Assembly: GCA_016176465.1 (NCBI GenBank)
Contig: JACOXD010000010.1
Coordinates: forward strand, 7,497-71,496
Reading direction: 5' to 3'
DNA length: 64,000 nucleotides
Source of the DNA: Candidatus Daviesbacteria bacterium
GTDB taxonomy: Bacteria; Patescibacteriota; Microgenomatia; Daviesbacterales; UBA10151
Shown here: positions 1-10,536 of the stretch, piece by piece
Layout of the letters: the number at the start of each line of letters is the position of its first letter
Position numbering within the stretch: the stretch's first letter is position 1
The notes under the pieces: generated by a model
What the model saw: the letters and a program-made list of their open reading frames with translations, nothing else
Database searches by the model: none
What the model was told of the DNA's origin: nothing
Program-made: the position numbers and the translations under genes

Positions 1-228
1 TTTCTTGGAAGTATAGTAAGGGACCTGGGTTTAATTGCTGTTAGAGGAGTTGCGCAAGAAGTTCCACCCACTCCAACTCCGACTACATCTCCTAATGATA
101 ATGCAACTAGGAACTCAGAAGATTTAAGAGAATGGTTGGAGGCGCGCAAATTTCCGCTAGCGATAATGGTTGGGTTGTTAATATCTTGTGGGGTATTTGC
201 TCTTCGTGATCACATTGAGAATCCTTAA
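1..228 (+). CDS. 3' end of a hypothetical membrane-anchored protein (Pro/Thr linker plus C-terminal hydrophobic helix); 5' end outside window
   Basis: Frame 1 is open from base 1 to TAA at 226-228: ...EVPPTPTPTTSP...FPLAIMVGLLISCGVFALRDHIENP*. Confidence 0.6.
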   Translation, partial: FLGSIVRDLGLIAVRGVAQEVPPTPTPTTSPNDNATRNSEDLREWLEARKFPLAIMVGLLISCGVFALRDHIENP

Positions 229-295
229 ATTAATTCTTTAATCTATATGCCTAAAGTTACTCTAGTTGAACCTCAAATGGAAAACTTGTATTCTC

Positions 296-356
296 TGTCA
301 TTCCCGCGGAAGCGGGAATCCATTTAAATAGATTCCGGATCAAGTCCGGAATGACA
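296..356. repeat. Palindromic miniature element (TGTCAT...ATGACA family)
   Basis: tgtcattcccgcggaagcgggaatcc...gattccggatcaagtccggaatgaca: terminal inverted repeat with two internal hairpins. Confidence 0.85.
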
Positions 357-376
357 ATATAGACTATAATTCAAGT

Positions 377-1057
377 GTGAAGATTACCCAGGTAGAACCT
401 CAAAAAACCCTTCGATTTCGCTCAGGGCAAGCCCCCAAAAGATTTAATATTTTTTTAGATGGGCAGTTTGCTTTTGGGGCAGATGAAGATTTGGTAGTGG
501 AATATCGTTTATTACCTGGAAAACAGCTTGACAACTCGGAGTTGGAAAGGTTGATTTTTGAGGCTGAGGTTGGAAAATTAATGGAGAGGATGTATGGGCT
601 GTTTAATATAAGACAAAGAAGCGAAAAAGAAATTAGAAACTATTTGAGGAACTTATCTTTTAAAAGAAAAATAAGGACCCGCTTCGCCTCGCGCTCTGAA
701 AATATTATAGCGCTTGCTCGCGGAACCTTGCCTTTTGCTACGCAAAACGTTAAAGAATTTGCTAAAGCTTGGGTGGAGGCAAGGAGAAAATCTAAGAAAA
801 AAGGGAAAATTGCTTTAAAAAGTGAGCTATATCAAAAAGGGATTAGTAGAGAAATAATCGAGGGAGCGTTAAGCGTTAAGGGTGAAGGAGAAAGTGAAGA
901 AGAACTGGCAAAGCAAGCTATAGAGAAAAAGTTAAAAAAATGGACTAGCCTCCCCTATTTGGAAAAAAAGAAAAAGATGTATGAATTTTTAATGAGGAGA
1001 GGATTTGAATACAGTGTTGTTAAGAATGTGGTTGATAATTACCTTAAAAAAGAGTAA
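377..1057 (+). CDS. recX: Regulatory protein RecX (long form) with repeat-derived segments
   Basis: RFNIFLDG N-terminus, RSEKEIR, ELYQKGI and C-terminal FLMRRGFEY motifs; upstream of rny. Confidence 0.85.
   Translation: MKITQVEPQKTLRFRSGQAPKRFNIFLDGQFAFGADEDLVVEYRLLPGKQLDNSELERLIFEAEVGKLMERMYGLFNIRQRSEKEIRNYLRNLSFKRKIRTRFASRSENIIALARGTLPFATQNVKEFAKAWVEARRKSKKKGKIALKSELYQKGISREIIEGALSVKGEGESEEELAKQAIEKKLKKWTSLPYLEKKKKMYEFLMRRGFEYSVVKNVVDNYLKKE
408..431. repeat. In-frame short palindromic repeat (CCCTTCGA..CGCTCAGGG family) in recX
   Basis: cccttcgatttcgctcagggcaag encodes TLRFRSGQA; near-identical copies at 18264-18291 and 18390-18408. Confidence 0.75.
671..752. repeat. In-frame composite repeat in recX
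   Basis: ataaggacccgcttcgc...ggaaccttgccttttgctacgcaaaacgt matches the intergenic copy at 49716-49768. Confidence 0.75.
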
Positions 1058-1233
1058 AATAAACTCACGTCCGGCATAGCCGGAGGCAAGGTTCTGTGAG
1101 TGCGAAGTATAATATTACAAACTGAAGCACGAACAGGTCCTTATAGTAGTCAGAAGTTTGGAAGAAGATATGCAAACTTTTAAGTTTCATTTTTATCTCT
1201 CCCCTAGCTCCGATTAAATAGGAGATCTTCTGA

Positions 1234-1308
1234 TGTCATCTTGAACGATTTGAGTGAAAGATCTGCAAGTTAATTTAGAGATTCTTCGCTAAAACGCTCA
1301 GAATGACA
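1234..1308. repeat. Palindromic element (TGTCAT...ATGACA family) upstream of rny
   Basis: tgtcatcttgaacg...agatct...agagattcttcgctaaaacgctcagaatgaca resembles the copA insertion at 51049-51128. Confidence 0.8.
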
Positions 1309-1317
1309 AAAAAGATC

Positions 1318-2718
1318 ATGAAAAAAACATTTGGACCAGCTAAAAATACAGATGAGCAAGTTAATGCTCAACCCTCCGCTATTCCGGTGATCACTGATGC
1401 TGCGCTTAAGGACGTTAGTACGCAAGCTTCGCTTATTACCAAAGAAACAGAGCTAGCTAAAAGAGAAGGGATTTTAGAAGAGAGAGAGCGACAAATTGAG
1501 GAAAAATTAAAAATCCTTGATCAAAAATTAGAGCAAGTAGAAAAAGTAAGAAAAGATTTACTAAGTAAACTTGAAAAATCCTCCAAGATGTCTGCAGAGG
1601 ATGCTCAAAAAATACTTTTAGAAAGTGTTGAAAAAGATTTAGCTTCTGAAATATCTAAAAAAGTAAAAGAAGCAGAGGATCAAATCAAACTCCAAGCTGA
1701 TGAAAAAGTAAGGGAAATTTTAGCAGATTCTATGCTTCATGGAGTCACTGATGTAATCAGCGAATTTACAACCTCAAAAGTCACACTGGAGGATGAAGAA
1801 CTAAAAGGAAGGATTATTGGAAAAGAAGGAAGGAATATCCGTTCTTTTGAACAAGCAACAGGGGTTGACGTAGTTATGGATGATGAATCCCCTAATAATT
1901 TAATTTTATCTTCCTTTGATCCTGTAAGGAGAGAAATTGCTAAGGTATCTTTAGAGAGATTAATTGCTGATGGAAGGATTCAACCCCAAAGAATTGAAGA
2001 GATTGTAGAAAAAACTAAAGAAGATATTGAAAAGTTAATGTTACAAGCTGGAGAGAAACTTTGCCATGATGTTGGAATTTATAACATGCCAGTTGAGTTA
2101 ATGGCGCTACTCGGAAGATTTAAATATAGATACTCATATGGGCAAAATATGATTCAACATACTTTGGAAGAAACCCAAATTGGAGTTGAAATTGCCAGGC
2201 AAATTGGGGCTGATGTTAATGTAGTTAAACTTGGATGCTTGTTGCATGATATTGGAAAAATTTTAACTGATTGGGATGAAGGAACTCACGTTGAAAGAGG
2301 AGTGCAGCTTGCTAAAAAGTTTGGATTCCCGGAAAAAGTTGTTAATTGTATTGCGGAGCATCATGAAGACCAGCCATTTTCTGCAGTTGAATCTATCTGT
2401 GTATATTTGGGAGATGCAATTTCAGGTGGTCGCCCTGGCGCTCGCCATGAAAATGTTCAAGATTACATAAAACGTTTGGAAGATATCGAGCGGATTGCTA
2501 CTTCTTTTGAAGCAGTGGAGAAAGCTTTTGCAGTCCAAGCAGGAAGAGAAGTTAGAGTTGTAGTTTTTCCAGATAAAATCTCAGATGATGAGTTACCAAA
2601 ACTTGTACATGATATTGGTACCCAAATTCAAAAAGAAGTTATGGTTCCTGGTGCTGTTAAAATTACTGCTATTAGAGAAACAAGAGCTTCTGATCAATTC
2701 TTAACTTCAGGTGGGTAA
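1318..2718 (+). CDS. rny: Ribonuclease Y
   Basis: Coiled coil, KH motif KGRIIGKEGRNIR, HD motif LLHDIGK, SGGRPGAR; the ATG at 1303 lies inside a repeat, so 1318 is preferred. Confidence 0.93.
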   Translation: MKKTFGPAKNTDEQVNAQPSAIPVITDAALKDVSTQASLITKETELAKREGILEERERQIEEKLKILDQKLEQVEKVRKDLLSKLEKSSKMSAEDAQKILLESVEKDLASEISKKVKEAEDQIKLQADEKVREILADSMLHGVTDVISEFTTSKVTLEDEELKGRIIGKEGRNIRSFEQATGVDVVMDDESPNNLILSSFDPVRREIAKVSLERLIADGRIQPQRIEEIVEKTKEDIEKLMLQAGEKLCHDVGIYNMPVELMALLGRFKYRYSYGQNMIQHTLEETQIGVEIARQIGADVNVVKLGCLLHDIGKILTDWDEGTHVERGVQLAKKFGFPEKVVNCIAEHHEDQPFSAVESICVYLGDAISGGRPGARHENVQDYIKRLEDIERIATSFEAVEKAFAVQAGREVRVVVFPDKISDDELPKLVHDIGTQIQKEVMVPGAVKITAIRETRASDQFLTSGG

Positions 2719-2719
2719 A

Positions 2720-3271
2720 ATGGAACCCAAGATTGTTTTTCAAGGACAAACAAAAACCGGTAAAAAAGTAATCATCCGCTACCCTACCATGGATGATCTT
2801 TTACCAATGCTTAATTTTATAAATACTATTTCTGTTGAACAAACTTTTGTACGGCCTCAAGGTGAACAATTCACACTAGAACAAGAAGAAGATTATTTAA
2901 AAGATCAGCTGGAAAAAATTGAAGCCAAAAAAGTTGTTAAATTAATAGCTTTTATTGATGGTAAATTTGTTGGGACAGCTGATATTTTTATGAAAGCTCA
3001 AGTTGAATCTCATGTAGGGGTATTTGGGATAATAGTAGCTAATGGATATAGAAGCGAAGGTATTGGAAGGCTGTTAATGGAGAATGTAATTAAAGAATCC
3101 CTTAAAGAGATGCCCCAGCTTAGAATAGTTGAGTTATCTGTATTTGCCAATAATCCGCTAGCGCTAGATTTTTATAAAAAGATGGGTTTTATAGAGTTTG
3201 GCAGATTACCTGAGGGTGTCTTGCACAGAGGCCAATATGTAGACCATATCTATATGTATAAAAAACTCTAG
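2720..3271 (+). CDS. GNAT family N-acetyltransferase
   Basis: YRSEGIGRLL acetyl-CoA motif, N..AL.FY.KMGF. Confidence 0.85.
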   Translation: MEPKIVFQGQTKTGKKVIIRYPTMDDLLPMLNFINTISVEQTFVRPQGEQFTLEQEEDYLKDQLEKIEAKKVVKLIAFIDGKFVGTADIFMKAQVESHVGVFGIIVANGYRSEGIGRLLMENVIKESLKEMPQLRIVELSVFANNPLALDFYKKMGFIEFGRLPEGVLHRGQYVDHIYMYKKL

Positions 3272-3324
3272 AATAGTCTCTTTACAAACGCCTAAACATT
3301 TGTTATCTTTTTGCCACACTAATT

Positions 3325-3597
3325 ATGACCAAGAATCAGCTTATTGAAAAAGTAGCTAAAAAATCCCATTTGACCAAAAGAGCTGCACAGGATGCAGTTA
3401 ATGCTGTTTTTGATTTAATCAGAGATAATCTGCAAAGGGGAGAAAAAACAATTATCACTGGATTTGGTACTTTTTTAGTTAGATCTCGTGCAGCTAGGAG
3501 GGGCAGAAATCCTCAAACAGGTGAGGCTATTCAAATCCCCAGTAAAAAACTCCCTGGTTTTACTGCAGGTAAAACTATCAAAAGACAAGTGAGATAA
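3325..3597 (+). CDS. hup: HU DNA-binding protein
   Basis: GFGTF...RRGRNPQTGE signature. Confidence 0.95.
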   Translation: MTKNQLIEKVAKKSHLTKRAAQDAVNAVFDLIRDNLQRGEKTIITGFGTFLVRSRAARRGRNPQTGEAIQIPSKKLPGFTAGKTIKRQVR

Positions 3598-3609
3598 TTT
3601 TTGTAAGTT

Positions 3610-5091
3610 GTGACAAGATCGAACAAATATCTCCTACTAATTCTCATTACTTTACTAGCAGCGCTACTTCGTTTAAACAACTTTCAATACGAATATGGTT
3701 TCTACGGCGATCAAGGACAGGATTTATTAGCAATTAATGATTGGATTAGAACTAATCAGGTTCCACTTCGGGGAATACTTACAAGTATCGGAAGTTTTTA
3801 TAATGGGCCAATCTATTACTACTTGATTTTTCCCCTAGTAATTTTTTTTGACGGTGATCCAATTGCGCCAGTAATTCTTTTTTTGATTGCAGGAATTCTC
3901 ACTACCCCCTTGGTATTTTACATGGTTGAAAAGTATGTTGATTCCTGGACTGCATTTATTAGCTCGGTACTTATTGCTCTCTCCTCTCATACAATCTTTA
4001 TATCTAAAGGAGCTTATGCACCTAACCTGCAAGTTTTTATATTTATTCTAATGTTTTATTTTTTCTTAAATTTTATTAAAACTGATAAAGCATTAAGTTT
4101 ATTCCTAGGATATCTGGTTATAGGAGTTGGTGTACAGTTTCACTATACGTTTTTTGCAAACCTATTTAGTTTTAGTTTGTTGCTTTTAATTTTAAAAAGA
4201 AAGAAAATAGTTTCAGCTAGGATGATACTATGTGCGATTGGAGGATTTTTACTAACCTTACTCCCTTTTATACTGGGCCAGTTTTTTTATAACTTCGCAG
4301 ATTTCAAAGGTATGGCATCATATATCATAAACGGAAATGATCAATCAAGAATAATAACCTTTCAGAGCATTACAGATAGGTTGGTTTTCCCATTTTTAAT
4401 TTATTTTAGAGTTGAACTAGTTCCTTGGTTTCTAACCTATTTTTTAAAACCAATTTTTTTACTCATCTTAATATTATGTTTTGTTATTGGTTTTACAAAA
4501 AACAGACTAGCGTCTTTTACAAAAGTTGTTTTATTTATTTTTTTTGCGAGTTTAACTTTGGTAGTTGTAGGTAATTTAAATTTTTGGTGGTGGTATAACG
4601 ATTTCTATTCTCTTACATCAATTTTTATGCTAGCGATTGTCTGTTCATACCTTATTCAATATGGCAAATTAAAATTCCTTGGATTATTTATATTTTCTGT
4701 TTTAATATTTTGGGAAATCGTGGGACTACCCTTTGCATACGGAATTTTAAGATCACCTCAGATAGCAAAGGAGATAGCCAGTATAATTAAAGCAGACATT
4801 GCTAAAAATAAAGATAAAGAAAGTTACGGTATCCTGGCGTTAAATCCAATTGCTCCATCCCAAGGTTTTGAATATAGATATTTGCTTGAAAAAGATGGTT
4901 ACCGTACAAGAAATGCTGTGGATTTAGCGGATGCAGATTATGTGATTGTAGAGGGTAAGGAAAGTAGAGGCATTAAAATAGATACTAAGTTAAAGATTAA
5001 TAAAATAAATACTTTAAACTTTAATGATAAAAGTCTTTTAATTAAATACGGCGAAATTTATAAAGTAGAAAGAAATCAAGAAACCCAGTAG
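3610..5091 (+). CDS. GT-C fold membrane glycosyltransferase (ArnT/PMT-like)
   Basis: Multi-TM protein; GDQGQD and GPIYYY loop motifs. Confidence 0.7.
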   Translation: MTRSNKYLLLILITLLAALLRLNNFQYEYGFYGDQGQDLLAINDWIRTNQVPLRGILTSIGSFYNGPIYYYLIFPLVIFFDGDPIAPVILFLIAGILTTPLVFYMVEKYVDSWTAFISSVLIALSSHTIFISKGAYAPNLQVFIFILMFYFFLNFIKTDKALSLFLGYLVIGVGVQFHYTFFANLFSFSLLLLILKRKKIVSARMILCAIGGFLLTLLPFILGQFFYNFADFKGMASYIINGNDQSRIITFQSITDRLVFPFLIYFRVELVPWFLTYFLKPIFLLILILCFVIGFTKNRLASFTKVVLFIFFASLTLVVVGNLNFWWWYNDFYSLTSIFMLAIVCSYLIQYGKLKFLGLFIFSVLIFWEIVGLPFAYGILRSPQIAKEIASIIKADIAKNKDKESYGILALNPIAPSQGFEYRYLLEKDGYRTRNAVDLADADYVIVEGKESRGIKIDTKLKINKINTLNFNDKSLLIKYGEIYKVERNQETQ

Positions 5092-6455
5092 TGGTTAAAA
5101 TACATAACGGCAAGTAGACTCATTAATGTTAAAAAAATAAAAGTTCCTATCTTTTGCAAATATTCATTTCTGATCATTCCAAAAATAATAAATAAGGGAA
5201 AAATAACTAGGGCATATCTATGAATTGCGATAAGGGTCCCTGAGAATAAGGGTAAGCTAAATGCAAGCAAATAAAAAATACTGTAGGAGTATCTTAATTT
5301 ATAAGTAGAAAATAAAAGACCAACTAGCAATATACTAAATGAAAAAAATTCTATAATAGAGTGGGCAGTCCAAGGTATAGTAAATATGTTTTTGGCAATT
5401 AAAAAATTAAAGTAAGATATTGGAGCCTCCCAAGGAAGAGATAATTTTCGATGCCAGTTCTCCTCGTTTGTTAAAAAACTAAATGGAGCATTAAATTCTA
5501 GGTGCATAAAGAAAAGATAACCTAAAAAAGGGATTATAGAAACTAAAATAAGGATTAAAGCTTTAGATAATACTGTATTAAAAATTAAATTATTTAGGAT
5601 AAATTCTAAAACAACCAAAGCTAAAATAGCTCCAGCGATGGGGAGAAGAAATGGTACGTAAATATCCATTGCTCCAACAATTGGCCAAAGTTTTAAGTTA
5701 ATAAATATTGTTTGAAGAGATTTTACAAAAAAGGTAAATATTAGAAAGTAGAGGAAAAATCTTCTTAATTTAGTTGAAAACAAGTATTTTAAACTAAATG
5801 GATGAGGATTTTTTAATAAATACTCCGCTAAAATCGCTATGATTACTGCGATGCCGATTAATCGGGTAACTGCTGCCAATCCAGCCAGAAAAAAGGCTAG
5901 CAACCATCTTTTGCTAGATTGGTTAGAGTTTAATCCAAGCTTTGCGGTTCTGGAAAAATAAAAAGCAGAGATTGTTAAAAATAAAAACAATGGTTCAGAA
6001 TAAACGGCACCTAAATAAAAACTGGTAGGAAAAATCAAAAGTGCAAAAATTGCTCTTTTGGCGATTGTTTGGTCAAAATCAATTAGGATGAGTTTATATA
6101 AGAAAAAAAGAGCAATTATTGTTGATAAGTTAGTAATAAGCAGACCTCCCCACAGGGAGGGAATTCCAAGGTGCATTAGGATATTTATTAGTAAAGGGAG
6201 TAAGGGGAAGAAAACTGTTTGGACGCTTTTATATCCTGCTTCGGCAATTCCTCTAAAATGTCCTCCGTCCCAGTTTGCCCAATGATTTAAGTATCTGACC
6301 TCTATGCTTGGAGTACCGTTCCCTTCATTTAAAAAATCAGGAAATTTATTAGGTAAAAGACTTACTCCAATAAAGGTAAGAAAAAGCAGTGCTACCCGCC
6401 ACCCAAGAAATATCAAAACTACATATTTTAAAATTCCAAGATTTTCTTTTGACAA
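5076..6455 (-). CDS. Mannosyltransferase (PIG-V-like GT-C)
   Basis: NWDGGHF, FFPL, FPTSFYL..VYSE, TR..G and RY motifs. Confidence 0.8.
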   Translation of the reverse strand: MSKENLGILKYVVLIFLGWRVALLFLTFIGVSLLPNKFPDFLNEGNGTPSIEVRYLNHWANWDGGHFRGIAEAGYKSVQTVFFPLLPLLINILMHLGIPSLWGGLLITNLSTIIALFFLYKLILIDFDQTIAKRAIFALLIFPTSFYLGAVYSEPLFLFLTISAFYFSRTAKLGLNSNQSSKRWLLAFFLAGLAAVTRLIGIAVIIAILAEYLLKNPHPFSLKYLFSTKLRRFFLYFLIFTFFVKSLQTIFINLKLWPIVGAMDIYVPFLLPIAGAILALVVLEFILNNLIFNTVLSKALILILVSIIPFLGYLFFMHLEFNAPFSFLTNEENWHRKLSLPWEAPISYFNFLIAKNIFTIPWTAHSIIEFFSFSILLVGLLFSTYKLRYSYSIFYLLAFSLPLFSGTLIAIHRYALVIFPLFIIFGMIRNEYLQKIGTFIFLTLMSLLAVMYFNHYWVS

Positions 6456-6481
6456 CTTAAGAAGGATTATATATTAAAATT

Positions 6482-7015
6482 TTATGGAGTATACTTAAAA
6501 GATTTTGCAATTTGATCAAGATCATCATAGAGCTCTTTAGAGGAGGTAGAGAGTTTATAGACAAAATTGTCAGAATATATAAAATAAATCTTCTCACCAG
6601 TGGGAGAGACATCTGTAGACTTGTAAATACGCACAGAACTTTGATACTTATTGATTTTAATTTCTTTCTTTTCTAAAACTTCTAATTTGGTTACTTTATC
6701 AAAATTGTCTAAATAGCTGACAAGATCATTAAATTGTGTCCCGTTCCTATTTACATATATTTTTCCGTCCGGTGAAGTAAGTATTAATCTAGAAGTTTCC
6801 TCTTTCATATTAAATTCTGGGGGAACATCTAGCTGGAGTTTCAGATTTGAGGAAGAAAATAAATCATGCTTCTGAGTGGAGTTATTTAGAGAACTACTTG
6901 TGCTTCCATTTAATGTTTGGCTATCTTCTTTTTTGTTAAGTAAATTTTGCTTACTATAAACACTTAATAATCCAAAAAGGAAGATTATCCCGATAATTAT
7001 AAAAATAAATTTCAT
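6482..7015 (-). CDS. Membrane-anchored hypothetical protein (PsbP-like C-terminus)
   Basis: N-terminal TM helix; C-terminal DQIAKSFKY. Confidence 0.5.
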   Translation of the reverse strand: MKFIFIIIGIIFLFGLLSVYSKQNLLNKKEDSQTLNGSTSSSLNNSTQKHDLFSSSNLKLQLDVPPEFNMKEETSRLILTSPDGKIYVNRNGTQFNDLVSYLDNFDKVTKLEVLEKKEIKINKYQSSVRIYKSTDVSPTGEKIYFIYSDNFVYKLSTSSKELYDDLDQIAKSFKYTP

Positions 7016-7088
7016 TACGAGTAACTATATTTAAGTGTACCTTTTTCTTTAAAAAACATATAATATTTTTATTCCAAAGTAATTACCT

Positions 7089-9432
7089 TTATTCTGTATG
7101 ATCATGAGGAACAATAATAGGTATTTCCTCAATATTTTCATTTCCCGCCAAATCTCTTGCTATCAATCTTATTATATACACCCTACCATCTTTATCACCA
7201 CCTTTTCTTTTTGCTGGTAGTTGAATGATATCTTGGAAGTTGGTTGCTACTATTTTAGTTGAATCGAATTCGTGGTACTCATCGTCAATCTCCAAAGTTG
7301 TGCTATCAAAATGTTGATCATTACTACTCCCTGTTATATTAATATCTGCCATCTCTCCTGAGGGTGGCCAGAGGATTTTAGGGTTTGCATCTAAAGAAGC
7401 TTCAGGTTGAGTTTTATCAATGTTAAACTCTATTGTTTTCACTTCTTCTAAATTCTCATCGTTATCAACAGAGTAAAATTCAACTCTATGATTGCCCTCA
7501 TTACTAAAAACCAGCGGTGGGCTATATCTTTCCCAATCACCACCTTCTACTTTGAACAAAGTGTAATCTACCCCTAAGCCACTATCATTAGATTCTAAGA
7601 GCACTTCTACATCAGACCTAAACCAGTTTTCCTGACCTTTTTCTCCTTTTAATTTGGCTGTAGTAGTTGGTGCTTCAGTATCTATTCTTTCAGCCAATAA
7701 AGCAAAATAGCTAAAGTGATTTAAATTGGCAACTGCAGTTTTATTATTTAAATTAACAGTGGTTTGCTCTTTAACCCAATTTTTTCCATCTGGGCTGGAA
7801 TATATAGAAATTGTATTTGGGTCAATATTAGAAATATCTTGATTATTAAAGTTGACAGTTAGAGTATAGATACTATTAAACTGATCAACTATATTACCAA
7901 AGCCATTTAATGCGCTCGCAAATAAAGAAGTTCCTATGGAGATGAGATTGTTAGAAGTCTTAGTTGTGGGAGCAGATTCCAATTTTATATCTAAATCATC
8001 ATTTGTCGCCCCTGAGGGAAAATTTAAGTTAAATTTTTCTAAGTTAAAAACCCCACCGTTACTAGTTAACTTGCTATTAAGATTATCTATTTGTTTTTTC
8101 CATAAATAATAGCTTTTAGATCCAGACCTATTTTTGCCTCCGTAGGAAAAAGTATAATTTTCCCATGGGTCGAGTTCGCTGCTTTGCCAGCCAAAAGGAT
8201 CTATTACTCCATCAGGTAAATTATTTTCAAAATCGCCATCACCATCTTTATCATAAACAACCATAAAATGGATATGAGCACCTGTAGATTTACCAGTACT
8301 GCCAGTTAATCCAATCTGTTCCCCTGCCTTTACATCAACATTATCGTTGGGATCACTAATGATAAGTTCTTTTGCTAATAGGTGGTAATATCGAGTTTGG
8401 AAACCGTTACCGTGATCTATTAAAATGGTATTGCCGCAAGCACCACAAGAATTCGTAAAACTTGCTTTTCCATCAGCTGCTGCTAAAACTGGGGTTTCTA
8501 GCGTTACTTTTGCAGGCTTGCCATAATCATAGCCATCATGTGAGGAATAGTCATCAGTAGATCTTGGTGGTCCCAAATAGCTAATTACAGAATTGCTTGA
8601 ACCTGATGGTTCTCCCAACCCACTACTTAGTAATGGATACTCATGGTCAAAAAAAGAATTAATTGATAAAGCAGCATCAGTAAAGGTAAGACCGCTAGAT
8701 TGATAATCCCAAGGTAGTTCTAAGAAAGGCTGAGGAGGAATATCTTTTACTCTAATATAATCTACAATAAAATTTGTCCAATCTGGTAGAGGAGGACCAA
8801 AATAGTCTGGATTTCCCATCCAAATGTATTGAACTTGTTCTGGAATTGGAAGGGAGGTATGAATTAATATATTATCAAGATAAATTCTATATATTATCAA
8901 GATAAATTCTATAAATTTGTTTATCCCTTTCAATTTTTAGTATATGGTCATTTGTATTTGTGGGACTTGTGTAAATACTACTCCCATTAAAATCTATTCT
9001 CATATTTGGACCGACAGATAGATCCTGCCAAACATTTATAGTTAGTAAAAGATCCACAGCTTCCCCATTTTTTGGTTCTTTTTCTGAAAGACCAATTCCA
9101 GTTCCCCAGTATGTAACTTTGGTATATCTAAATTTAATTTCAGCTTCAAAGTTAGAATTTGGCAAAGCATTCTTTGATACAGCTAGGGGGAATTTTGAAG
9201 TATTAAATTTCTGGGTAAAAAGTACAACCCCATTTGACTCTCTAATGGTGAAATTAAAAGGTTCATTATTTGGATAGACAGTCCACTTATTATTATCCAG
9301 GGTATTTACTGCTCTCTCAGTATTAAACTCATCGTTAAAATAATATTCCTGAGCAAAAACTTTTTTGGGCAATAGGATAACTAAAAATGAAGATAAAAAA
9401 ACAATCCAGATAAATTGTCTAATTCTGGGCAA
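7089..9432 (-). pseudogene. Secreted multidomain M23 peptidase split by a 22-bp tandem duplication
   Basis: HDGYD and HIHF M23 motifs; ORFs 8887-9432 and 7089-8933 both contain IYRIYLDNI; perfect duplication at 8869-8912. Confidence 0.8.
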
Positions 9433-9546
9433 TTTAATTTAATCTTCTATCCAAATAAACCTAAAGTCAATATAATTACTTTTGGTTTTGGAATTTTTCA
9501 CTGAAGCACTATACATCAGCCAGCTCTTAGTATTAAAATTTAGCTT

Positions 9547-10536
9547 ATGGTAAATCAAGTTATTAAAGTTAAAAACTTAAGAAAATATTACAAGGTTCAC
9601 CAAAAAGAGCCTGGCTTAATTGGTTCTATAAAGTCTTTTTTCAGTAGGAAATATTATGATGTCAAAGCAGTAGAAAATGTCTCCTTTACCATAGATGAAG
9701 GAGAGCTGATTGGGTTTATTGGGCCAAACGGTGCAGGTAAAACTACAACCTTAAAAGTTCTATCTGGATTGCTTTATCCAACCTCAGGAGATGTATCAGT
9801 TTTAGGATATGAACCTTTCAAAAGACAAAGCGAATTTCAAAAACAATTTTCCTTAGTAATGGGTCAAAAAAACCAGTTATGGTGGGATCTGCCTCCTTGG
9901 GAGAGTTTTATTTTAAATAAAGAGATTTATGAAATTCCAGAAGAACAGTTTAAAAAGACAGTTGAGGAGCTCTCAAGAATGTTGGAAATTACTGATATTT
10001 TAAAAATCCAAGTTAGAAAGTTGTCTTTAGGACAGAGAATGAAAGCAGAGCTTGTGGCAGCGCTACTTCACAATCCCAAAGTTTTATTTTTAGATGAACC
10101 AACAATTGGTTTAGATGTATTAGCCCAAAAAAAGATGAGGGATTTTATCAAAGAGTATAATCTTAAATTTAATGCAACAATTATTTTAACTTCTCACTAC
10201 ATGGGAGATGTCAGGGAGCTTTGCAATAGGGTAATTATTATTGATAAGGGGCAAATATTATATGATGGTTTACTTGATGATATAGTCCAAAAATTTGCCC
10301 CTTATAAAGTTATTAAAGCTGATTTAGAAAAAGAAGTTGATGAAAAAAAATTATCAGGGGTTGGAGAGGTAAAAGAGTATCGAGACCTTCAAGTAATTAT
10401 TCATGTACCAAAAGATGAGGCAAGTAAGAAAGCTGCTAAACTTTTGGGGAAGTTTCCCGTAGCTGATTTAACAATTGAGGATCCTCCTATTGAAGATATA
10501 ATTAGAACTGTTTTTTCAAAGGGAATGGATATATGA
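9547..10536 (+). CDS. ABC transporter ATP-binding protein
   Basis: GPNGAGKTT, LSLGQRM, LFLDEPT, TSHYM. Confidence 0.95.
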   Translation: MVNQVIKVKNLRKYYKVHQKEPGLIGSIKSFFSRKYYDVKAVENVSFTIDEGELIGFIGPNGAGKTTTLKVLSGLLYPTSGDVSVLGYEPFKRQSEFQKQFSLVMGQKNQLWWDLPPWESFILNKEIYEIPEEQFKKTVEELSRMLEITDILKIQVRKLSLGQRMKAELVAALLHNPKVLFLDEPTIGLDVLAQKKMRDFIKEYNLKFNATIILTSHYMGDVRELCNRVIIIDKGQILYDGLLDDIVQKFAPYKVIKADLEKEVDEKKLSGVGEVKEYRDLQVIIHVPKDEASKKAAKLLGKFPVADLTIEDPPIEDIIRTVFSKGMDI

